A program made the translations under genes and the position numbers. A stretch of DNA of 64,000 nt, from positions 1 through 64,000 of the IMG/VR virus record IMGVR_UViG_2636416120_000006; one strand, written 5' to 3'. Below, piece after piece: positions 28,221-37,200 of this stretch (positions are counted from its first letter, which is position 1; the number at the start of each line of letters is the position of its first letter). The notes under the pieces were generated by a model that was not told where the DNA came from, ran no database searches, and saw nothing but the letters and a program-made list of their open reading frames with translations. This DNA is from a virus (lineage: Duplodnaviria; Caudoviricetes).

Positions 28221-31200
28221 CGCTTCAGCTCGATCAATGAGAGGATGATATTGCTCATATCGACTTTATCTCCCGCCGCATCCGAGCAGGCCTGCAGGGT
28301 ATAGGTGTGAGCGCCGGCGGGAGCACCCGTGTCGATAATACTCATGGACTGAGTCAACCACTTATCCAGGTACTGGATGTATGTGAACACCTTTAGCAAA
28401 CTGCCGTCTCTCAACAACCGGTAGTGACCCTGGTTGTCGCCAGCCGTTTTTCCCAAGAACGAGACGTTGAACATCGTCCTTCCAGCAGCGAACGCCGTTA
28501 CAGAAATCGAACCGATGTTAGTCCATCTCCAAGTGCTCGGATCATTCTCATTGTATCCGGAAATACCCTCGTCTTTGGCTGGAATATCTACAACGTCGGC
28601 CGGCTGGGCCGCAGTTATGCTCGAGATCGCTCCGTCCTTGATTTTCAGAGTGTCCACCGACAGGTTCTTGATCCAGACGTCGGCGTCCATCTTGATGTCG
28701 CCACTCTCGATCGTGAACGGAGCTCGTCCGAGGGACCCGTCCCAAATCAGGAAGTTGTTGGCGCTGACAATGAACGAGGACTCCACCGTCCCGCCTGTAT
28801 AGTCGCTGACGAGTTGGAATCCCGACATCACCCCATTGTTGTCGATCTTGACGACATACTGGCCGCTTACACCGTCGATGATCGTCTGCTGGGTCTGGAT
28901 CTTGGTCTCCGCATCGCCGACCCGAACGTCCATGGTACTGATCTGGGTGGCCATGGCGCTGTCAGCAGTTGCTCGAGCGGTCGCCTCGTTCTGAATGGCA
29001 GCTGCGTTGTCGCCGACCTGAACCGCGATCGTGTCGATGGATTGAGCTAGAGCCTCATCCTCGGTGACCCGGATGTTCCGCTCTTCGATGATCGCCGCAC
29101 GGGCGTTGCCGGTCTCCTTGTAGAGAGCGAACTGGGCATTCGCCAGCGCATTGGCCAGCCACTCGTTGCGCTCCTCACCGAAACCGATCTTGTCCAGCAA
29201 GCTCGGGATTGGTTCGAAGCCCTCGAGATAAGACCGAACGGTCATCTGGGGCGAGACCAAGAAGTCGTTCGGGTTGTAGGTGTCGAACGAGGCTACGCGG
29301 ATGTACCAGAACTCCGGCCGATGATGTTCGTAGGCCGTGTTCGGTCCTTGGTAGACCAGTGTCTCGTCGCTGATCGTGAAGTTCTCTTCGGTGGACGCCC
29401 ACACCTTCGTTCCGCCGAAGTCCCGGATCGACGGCCTGTCGTAGTTGATCCGAAACCCTTCGAACGTCTGCTCGACTTTCAGTTGGAAGGGGATGTGTGG
29501 CGGGGGATTCGACGCGGTGGTCTGAACTTCGATCGAGCGGTTCCCCCACGGATCACAGACGGTGACGCCGACGATGAACGAGCGCTTCTTCCCGTCCTCG
29601 TCCGACATCGAGCTTGTGTATTGCCACTCCCGAGAGGTCGTCGTGTGCGTGCTGATGACGATCTCGTTGTCGATGTCGCGGATCACCACCTCGAAGTGGT
29701 GGAACGCCGGATCGGGCTTCGGGACGTCCCAGGTGAAGAACGGCTCGGCGACGTCGAACTCGGTGTTGGTGACGCCGTTCAGAACCCGGACGTTGGTCAC
29801 CGGGTCGACCTGGCGCGTGGTGTTGCCGAGCTTGAAGGTCGCGACCGCTGGCTCCGACGTGATGTTGGAGACGGTCCGGGCCCTGATGTAGAAGACATAA
29901 TCGCCGAGAGGAGCGTCGACCAGCTCGGCGATCGTGGTGGTCGTCTCGGTCAGCAACTGCCGCTCCGAGCCGTTGCGGGTATAGTCGACCAGGTACTTGG
30001 TGACGAACTTGCTCGGGCTTCTATCCCAGTCGACGGTCAAGACCATGTGACCACCGAGGTGGTCGTAGCGCTTCGAATAGGTTACGCGGGGGTTAATCGG
30101 CGGGGAGACGACGCTCACCGGCAGATCGATGATGTCGACGTCTCCTCCAACGACTGGCGGGTTATCGGCAAGCGCCCACTTCGACCGGTTGACCTCCGTG
30201 GCGAAGATCTGGATCTGGTCCGGATTGCCGTCGAGCTCCTCACGCTTGATGACGCGATAGGCCTTGGGCAGGCCATCGTGGTCGCTCTCCAGCGTGAATA
30301 CGGCGTCCTCGACGTAGTCTGCCGTCGGCAGACCACCGGCGACACTGAGGGTCGTGGTTGACCCCGGTGGCGTTGTGATGGTCCGGGTCTCGACCCGGTC
30401 ATGATACTGGACCCGGATAGCATAGGTGACCCCCGCTTCAAGGAAGACGGGGTCGCGCAGCCCGATGACGGTGCCGCTCGGGGAGAGCGTCTTAATACGC
30501 CCACTGATGCCGTAGCCCATGTTGGGGTCGGCAATGAGGATGATCTCCCACGGGTTAACGAACAGGCCGCGGCGGTTGGTCGTGAACGTCACCATCTCCG
30601 TCTCAGTAAGAGACGTGAGCATCTTGTAATAGGCTCGTCCGATCGCCTCTTCCGTGTTGGTGCAGCCCACTGCGACGAAGTCGAGCGGCACCCTCCCGTT
30701 GAGATCAATGTCGGCTTGATCGAAGATTCGGCGCCGGTCTTGAGCCCAGTTGAGTTCCGGGTTCAGGTAGACGACGGTGAGATCATTGATGCGGGAAGTG
30801 ACATCCGTGTAGCTGTATTGGAAATCCCCGTCGATCGACTCTTGCGTGAAGATGGCGACAGCCGCCTCTTCCTTATCAACGAGCAGGTGGACGACGTTGT
30901 TGTCATCCTCGACCACGGCGCCGTTGAACGATCCGGCGATATAGCGGGCGAATTCGCGCCCGTTCATCGGATCCTGGATGTAGGCGTTGAAGGTGTATCG
31001 AGGCCTCTGGTTCGGCCCGATTCGACCGTCACACCACTGGGCCGCCTCGTAAAACACGTACTTGTCGACCGTGACTGGTTGGTAGGAGCTCCAACCCCAG
31101 CGGTCGTTGGTCAGGACGGCGTACAGAATCCAAGGACCGTTGTTGGTCCACGCCATCTTGAACGTGCCGTCCCAGATCCCCGAGTAGGTGCGGGCGATCG

Positions 31201-31999
31201 GGTCATAATTGCTCGGCACCTGCACGATCAGGCCGTCGTACACACCAGAGAAGGTGGGCAGGCTGGAGAACTGGTCCGATGCTTCGGCAACGAAATGAAC
31301 CAGGGCGGTGTCCGGATAGGTCCGGGGGATTGCGTCCACCTCCTGGAAGCTCTCCCAGACCATTTCTCTGACGCGCTCGGAGGTGCTCTCCGGATCGACC
31401 TTGGTAACCCTGATCAGGTAGGGCTCGTTGATGCGCGGGACGGTGCGCCGGAACTCCTTCACATAGGCTTGGGTCGTCTTGCCGGTGATGTTGATTTCGG
31501 CGTCATCGTAGAAGTTTGCCCAGGTGGCAGCCGAGAGTGGCTTGAACTCAATCTTGAACTCGATATCCTGCTCGAAGACACCATCATCGTTCTGATGATA
31601 TAGCTGGTCGATACGCAGTCGAACTTCGATCGCATCAATTTGACCGGTCGAGGTCTCTCGCGTGACCGGTACATCCTTCATCAGGTTGACGTTGACCGTC
31701 GTAGGTTGCGACGAGCCACCGAGAACCAGCTTTACGGGCGGTGGAGCATGCTCGCCCGGCAGAATGTCTAGTGTGTACTTCTGAAAATTATAGTCGCCCG
31801 CCTCGGACTGGAGAGAGGTCTCGCCGATGCGGAAGTCCTTGTCACCTCTCGTCAGCCCTTTGATCGGCCCTTCGCACAGGCCGAGCAGGATCTCCATCGT
31901 GTCCTTGGAACGGAGGTTGTCCGGTGTCCGCTTGGGAGAACTCCCCCCTCCTCCACCACCGAGGCCACCGCCGGCCCCCTTGAAATCCATGTGTCCCAT
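28217..31999 (-). CDS. tail tip attachment protein (lambda J-like)
   Basis: LCEGPIKGL, VPSNYDP..RTYSG.WDGTFK.AWTNN, FnIII-like regions; start approximate. Confidence 0.9.
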   Translation of the reverse strand: MGHMDFKGAGGGLGGGGGGSSPKRTPDNLRSKDTMEILLGLCEGPIKGLTRGDKDFRIGETSLQSEAGDYNFQKYTLDILPGEHAPPPVKLVLGGSSQPTTVNVNLMKDVPVTRETSTGQIDAIEVRLRIDQLYHQNDDGVFEQDIEFKIEFKPLSAATWANFYDDAEINITGKTTQAYVKEFRRTVPRINEPYLIRVTKVDPESTSERVREMVWESFQEVDAIPRTYPDTALVHFVAEASDQFSSLPTFSGVYDGLIVQVPSNYDPIARTYSGIWDGTFKMAWTNNGPWILYAVLTNDRWGWSSYQPVTVDKYVFYEAAQWCDGRIGPNQRPRYTFNAYIQDPMNGREFARYIAGSFNGAVVEDDNNVVHLLVDKEEAAVAIFTQESIDGDFQYSYTDVTSRINDLTVVYLNPELNWAQDRRRIFDQADIDLNGRVPLDFVAVGCTNTEEAIGRAYYKMLTSLTETEMVTFTTNRRGLFVNPWEIILIADPNMGYGISGRIKTLSPSGTVIGLRDPVFLEAGVTYAIRVQYHDRVETRTITTPPGSTTTLSVAGGLPTADYVEDAVFTLESDHDGLPKAYRVIKREELDGNPDQIQIFATEVNRSKWALADNPPVVGGDVDIIDLPVSVVSPPINPRVTYSKRYDHLGGHMVLTVDWDRSPSKFVTKYLVDYTRNGSERQLLTETTTTIAELVDAPLGDYVFYIRARTVSNITSEPAVATFKLGNTTRQVDPVTNVRVLNGVTNTEFDVAEPFFTWDVPKPDPAFHHFEVVIRDIDNEIVISTHTTTSREWQYTSSMSDEDGKKRSFIVGVTVCDPWGNRSIEVQTTASNPPPHIPFQLKVEQTFEGFRINYDRPSIRDFGGTKVWASTEENFTISDETLVYQGPNTAYEHHRPEFWYIRVASFDTYNPNDFLVSPQMTVRSYLEGFEPIPSLLDKIGFGEERNEWLANALANAQFALYKETGNARAAIIEERNIRVTEDEALAQSIDTIAVQVGDNAAAIQNEATARATADSAMATQISTMDVRVGDAETKIQTQQTIIDGVSGQYVVKIDNNGVMSGFQLVSDYTGGTVESSFIVSANNFLIWDGSLGRAPFTIESGDIKMDADVWIKNLSVDTLKIKDGAISSITAAQPADVVDIPAKDEGISGYNENDPSTWRWTNIGSISVTAFAAGRTMFNVSFLGKTAGDNQGHYRLLRDGSLLKVFTYIQYLDKWLTQSMSIIDTGAPAGAHTYTLQACSDAAGDKVDMSNIILSLIELKR

Positions 32000-32625
32000 T
32001 AGAACGGCCAATCCGGTGGAAGGTCATCACCATCCTTGTCGCCGACGGCCACGTCGACGGCGTCGATGTCCATGCTCAAGATGTGACCGAAGGCCAGGTG
32101 GCGACCGAGGAGAAGCGGAATTCGCGTGCCGATCTTCGTCGTGTTCTGGGGCGAGCCAAGATACTTGGACGCCTCAGGATCTTTGGCGGAATTGACATCG
32201 ATGGTCGGTGCCGGACTGATGACTTCGAGCAGGCCGCCCAGGGCGAACGTCACGCCGGCCCAGAACAGCCCTGCCGACAGAGATCCAGCAGCCAGTACGC
32301 CAGCGGGGCCAGCGACGACAAAGGCCGCGGCGATCAGCACGGCACCGATGATGATCTTGAAGAAGCCACCATTGCCGCCGCCTCCCACGAACGCGGGAAC
32401 GATGTGGATCTCCTCCTGGTCCGTTTTCTCATAAAGGCTCCCGACCGTGTCGAACCCGACAACCGAGATGGTGTGCCTGTCCTGACCCGGCACCGGGCGG
32501 AACGCCTTGATCTGAGTGGTGAAGGCGTGGACGATCTCAGCGACCGTGTCCCCGACGATCTTAATCGGGCCGGGATGAAGATCCCTCAGGTACCCGTGGA
32601 GTATAACGGTCTTCGCATTCGACAA
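31999..32625 (-). CDS. tail assembly protein (lambda I-like)
   Basis: VILHGYL, IHIVPAFVGGG, hydrophobic segment, NTTKIGTRIPL; start uncertain. Confidence 0.85.
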   Translation of the reverse strand: MSNAKTVILHGYLRDLHPGPIKIVGDTVAEIVHAFTTQIKAFRPVPGQDRHTISVVGFDTVGSLYEKTDQEEIHIVPAFVGGGGNGGFFKIIIGAVLIAAAFVVAGPAGVLAAGSLSAGLFWAGVTFALGGLLEVISPAPTIDVNSAKDPEASKYLGSPQNTTKIGTRIPLLLGRHLAFGHILSMDIDAVDVAVGDKDGDDLPPDWPF

Positions 32626-32923
32626 TTGCGCGGCCCTGTACCTTGTAACAACGTGCGCCGTCGCGGCCAATCACCCAGTGTTCTATCATTGGGTAGTTCA
32701 GAAAAGCAATGTAATCTTCCGTAGACAACTGGGACGTCCCGAATGGATGCGTGTGCCACGTCCCGACTATATCATCCTCGTACCTGACGAGATCTTCACC
32801 CCTCACCTGAAACGCATCATTCGGCTTGTCGGCGATATTCTCCACCTCGACGACCTTGTCGCCGTTGAGGATGAAACCGACCCTCTCCGGGCCGTCAGGA
32901 CGATGCAGTTGCAGCAGCATCAC
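32561..32923 (-). CDS. JAB/Mov34 domain tail protein
   Basis: ERVGFI, WHTHP, S.ED motif. Confidence 0.85.
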   Translation of the reverse strand: MMLLQLHRPDGPERVGFILNGDKVVEVENIADKPNDAFQVRGEDLVRYEDDIVGTWHTHPFGTSQLSTEDYIAFLNYPMIEHWVIGRDGARCYKVQGRAIVECEDRYTPRVPEGSSSRPD

Positions 32924-33374
32924 GAAACCTCTTCGGCATGAGCGACATCAGGTCGAGAGGCTTACCCTCCTCTCGAAGTTCGGGAACATCCTTATGGCGG
33001 ATGATGCAGGACCGAGCGGTTCGCCAGATCCCCCGAGGAGGAACCACCTCACTCAGGCGGTGACGGTAGTGGTGCAGGATCTTGCCTTGATCGACGTAGA
33101 CACCGGCGTGGCACGGAACTTCCGATCCGACACACACTAGGATCAAGTCGCCGATCCACATCTCATGAAGCTCGATATCGACGACAGAGAAGCCCTCAGC
33201 CCGAAAATTGTCTCGATAGAGGTCGAGGCCTTTGTTCCACCAGTAATCCGGACGAGCATAGTTGGTGAGCTTGATGCCGAAGCTATCATCGTAGTAGTGC
33301 TGGATGATGCCATAGCAGTCATCCGATCCCCCGATCCACTGCTTTCCGGTGAGGTGTAGATAATCAGGGATCAT
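32895..33374 (-). CDS. NlpC/P60 tail assembly protein (lambda K-like C domain)
   Basis: DCYG, HAGVY, ILHH. Confidence 0.85.
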   Translation of the reverse strand: MIPDYLHLTGKQWIGGSDDCYGIIQHYYDDSFGIKLTNYARPDYWWNKGLDLYRDNFRAEGFSVVDIELHEMWIGDLILVCVGSEVPCHAGVYVDQGKILHHYRHRLSEVVPPRGIWRTARSCIIRHKDVPELREEGKPLDLMSLMPKRFRDAAATASS

Positions 33375-33844
33375 CGGATGCTCACGCTCGGGAAGTCCGG
33401 GGGAGCGAATATACGAGCGGGGACCACGAAGAATGGACCGTCCATTGTCAATCGCAGCTCCAACGAGGCGTATTGACGGTTCAAGGCGATGGTCCGACTG
33501 ACGTACCAGCTCTGAGAACTGGAGACGTTCCGGTTGTTGACCAAGTCGTCGTAGAGCACCCGCGTGCGGGTGACCTTCGCTCGATCGAGCGACCCCTGGC
33601 TGATGAAGGGGGAGAAGGCGCCATCGGGGTTGGCGAACTGCAGCTTGGGTCGAGAGTTGCCATCGTCGACGCTGTTGGACACGCCGTCCATCTTGATGGC
33701 GGTCCCCTCATACACGTTCCCCTGCCAGGTCACCGTGTTGTCCGCCTTCAGATAGATCGTGCCACCTGAGGCCAGCTCGATCTTGAAGAGGTAGACGATG
33801 CCGTCCGCGGTAAGTTTCTGAGCATCAACGCGATGGTCGGTCAT
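33371..33844 (-). CDS. minor tail protein (lambda L-like)
   Basis: TWQGNVY, RPKL..AN, position in the tail module. Confidence 0.8.
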   Translation of the reverse strand: MTDHRVDAQKLTADGIVYLFKIELASGGTIYLKADNTVTWQGNVYEGTAIKMDGVSNSVDDGNSRPKLQFANPDGAFSPFISQGSLDRAKVTRTRVLYDDLVNNRNVSSSQSWYVSRTIALNRQYASLELRLTMDGPFFVVPARIFAPPDFPSVSIR

Positions 33845-34227
33845 GGATGCTCCAACAGTTGGACCTCGAGGTTCTCGATCGCGCCGTCTCCCCCTTCGAT
33901 CCCATCGGGGATCTCCAACGGCTTTTGGAACCGAACAACGACGTTGCCGTAAACTGGGTGAGGGTAGATGAACTTCTCGTAGAGCCTATGCCGTGCGTAG
34001 AAGCCGTCGAGGGCCGCGGCATTCGTGGCTTCCCCTACTATCGAGGCATCCGCCTGCCCAGCACCGTTAACGTAGTATTTCACAAGCTGGAATGTGAGTA
34101 TGAAGAGCCTCTGATCTGGAGCGGAGGGTTTTGAAACGAACGTGTAGGAGTTCCCGAACTGAACACGGAAACTAGACTCAGGATACTGAGTTCTAAATTT
34201 GTGGCGGGGAAAGTTGAAAGTCTCCAT
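33841..34227 (-). CDS. distal tail protein (lambda M-like)
   Basis: position after the tape measure gene; VQFGNSY, FYARH. Confidence 0.65.
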   Translation of the reverse strand: METFNFPRHKFRTQYPESSFRVQFGNSYTFVSKPSAPDQRLFILTFQLVKYYVNGAGQADASIVGEATNAAALDGFYARHRLYEKFIYPHPVYGNVVVRFQKPLEIPDGIEGGDGAIENLEVQLLEHP

Positions 34228-34269
34228 CCAGTCTTTTTACCTCACGAGCGGATCGGATCGTAGGCTTTT

Positions 34270-37200
34270 TTAAATAGTCCCCATATTGATTTGCTTGATC
34301 AGTTTCTTGGTCGACCCACCTTTGAGAATGTCATCATTGATCGTGGCGATGATGTCATTGGGACCGAGGGACGGCTTCTGGTCCGGCGCTACCACATAGA
34401 CGTTGACCTTGCCCCCGTTCTGGTTCGCGGGCTGGAACACCGGCGGGGCGGATTGAGAAATCCGGCTGTTGCCCATGGCGTTGATGGCCTTCAGATTGTC
34501 GGCGCCGATGGCCGAGACCGCCGAATTGCGAAGGATGAACTCACCATCTCGGGCCCACACGGGCACAGCGTCACGGGTCTTGATGTGCTTGCCCATGGCG
34601 GCCCGGATCATGCCGCCACCATTGAAGCCGAGCCAACTGCCAATGCTGGATAGGAAGCCTCCGAAACCGCCTCCACCACCGCCGGCGGGGTCAGTGTAGA
34701 AATCCATGGCCGATACCCCTTTACCCAAGTTGGTGATCCCATCGGCTCCACCACCCAACAAGCCCAGCAGCGATCCCAGAATCCCCGTGGCGGCCTTCTC
34801 GGAGGCGATTTTCAACAGGCTCTGGATGATCGAGGAGGCCATGTCGCGGAAGGCCGCGCCAACCGACTTGGTGTTCGCCGAGATGTCACTCAGAAAGGTC
34901 GAGAAGGACCCTCGCACGTTGTCCAAGGTGCCTGGAATTTCGTTCCCGATCTGGTCCGTGAGGCTGGTCAACATCCCGGCCTCTTCAGCCATCTGCTGAA
35001 CTGCCGCTGACAGCTGCTGGCCGAGAGTCATGTTCGAACCAGTGCCCTGACCCACCGAGACGTTGTACTTCTCCTGAGCGTCGGCCAGCGTGTTGGTGCT
35101 TTCGGTCAGCTTGTCCTGGATATCCCGACGTTCTGACAGGATCTTGTTGTATTCGCTGAGAGCACTGTTCCTTTTGGCGTTGTCGAACTTCGGGTCATCA
35201 TAGACCTTCTTCAACTCAACGAGCCGATCGTCGTTGACCTTGTTGAAGTCCGTGAGAAGCTCCTGCAGTCGGTCGCGTCGAGCCTGCTCGGCCTGGAGAA
35301 CCTTCGGCAGCTCGGCCGCCTCCTGCTGGCTCTTCAGCATCTCGAGCGCCTTCCGCTCAACAGAGCTGTAGCTCTTCATGAAGTCGTTGGCGCCGAGGGC
35401 AATGTCGAGGATCCGACTAGGGTTCTGGATGTCACGCGTCGACCGATCGTATTCCCGGTCGATCTCGGCCTGGCGGTCGTTCCACTGCTCCCAAGGCTTG
35501 AGCAATTTCTCGTTCGTGCGGTCTCGCCCCCCACCTCCGCCGTATTTTTTGGTTTTTGGATTGAGGAAGCTCTTCAGGTCGTCGTTGTTCTGAGCTGTGA
35601 GCATGGAGTTCATGAAGTCGAACGCCTTCTCCCCCTCGGGAGTCAGCATCTTGATGAAGCCTTTCTGCTCCACCATACCCGGCAGGGTCATCAGCGCGGC
35701 CAGGTACTCCCGGAGCAGCGCGTTCTTCTTCGCATCAAGAATCCCCTGGAAGGTCGAGGCCCACTTCTCGCGCTCGGCCTTGGACATGACCTGCGTTGGC
35801 AGACCAGAGGCGGCTTGGGTCATATCCTGGAAGACCTTCTGGCCGGCCTCGTTGACCCTGTCGTTGAAGGTCTGCAGTGCCTCGGTCGTCGTGGTCGTGT
35901 AGCCCTGAACCATGGAGTCCCGAGCTGCCATCAAACCCACCAGCTGGCTGTCGATCTGCTGCTTGATCGATGGGTCGGTCGCGCCATCGCGCAGCGTCTT
36001 CAGCGCCTCGACGAGCGGAAGCAGGAGATCGTTGACCGCCTTCGATGCCTGCTTGTTGAGCTCCAGGATCTCCTCCGGGCTGGTGGCGTCGCCGGCCTTG
36101 TCCTTCAGCTGCTCGGCGATCGCCGCGGCCGACTGCACCATGAAGTCGGTGGCCTGGCCGGACAGGAACACCGCGAGCTGCTTGGCCTGCTGATCGGACA
36201 GAGGCCCAACATCCGTCGGAGCAAACTTGCCAAGGTCGAACCCAACGTTGGTCGGATCGTTGCCCAGCTCCTTGGCGACGAACTCCTTGGTCATGGTGCC
36301 TAGGGTGATCTGCAGGCTGTCGCGGTAGGCGCTGAGGGCCTCCTGGAACCCGCCAGTTCCGAGCGCCTTCTGCACTCCACCTTGGGACATCTTGACCATG
36401 CCCTCGGCGGCCTTGAGAGCCTCGGGCAGGAAGGTCTTCCACTCCTCCAAGGAGGCGACGGCACTCTCCTCCATCGCCTTCGAAATGTTGGTCTCCATCT
36501 CGACGAGAGCGCCGTTGGCAGCCCGGTTCACAGCCTCCTTGAACTCAGGCCCGAGCATGCCGGCCAGGCCGGAGACACCCTGCATGCCCAGGCTGAGAAG
36601 GTTGCCGTTCTGTTGCAGGTACCGGTTCTTATCGATCGAATCCATCGGTGCTGCCGACTGAACACCGCGGAACGCCGAGTTCAAACCAACAGCCGTCCGA
36701 CCGAGCCAGAATGCTGGGTTGTAGGGGTTTTGCGACATCCGCTCGATGCGCTCATTGGCCTTCTGATCCTCCTGGGCCTTCTGCGTCTTGAGGTTCTCGG
36801 CAATCTTGTCGCTCTGTGCCTTCATGGACGCGAGAAGGTTTTCGAACGCACCCGTGAGATCCTCTACAGACATGCCGAGATCGTCGGCCATCTTCTGCAA
36901 CCCTTCCGGGTTGTTGAGCATGTCGACCAGTGAGGAACGCGCCTGCAGCGTCGTGTTCCGCATGGCCTGCAGATCACCGCTGCCCAGGCCTTCCCGGAAC
37001 CGTTGGGAGTCACGCAATGCCTGGACAACAGAGGCAGGCAACCCGATCCCGGCCAATCCCTCGATCTGACGAGTGATCACAGCGTCTCGCCCGCCGGTGC
37101 TGTAGAGGTACTGCTGCTCCTTATCGAGGCCCGTGAACGGATTGCTACCAAAGCCGAGAAATCCTCGAGGCGAGAAGCCTTGGCGCAGCCCCTGCAACAG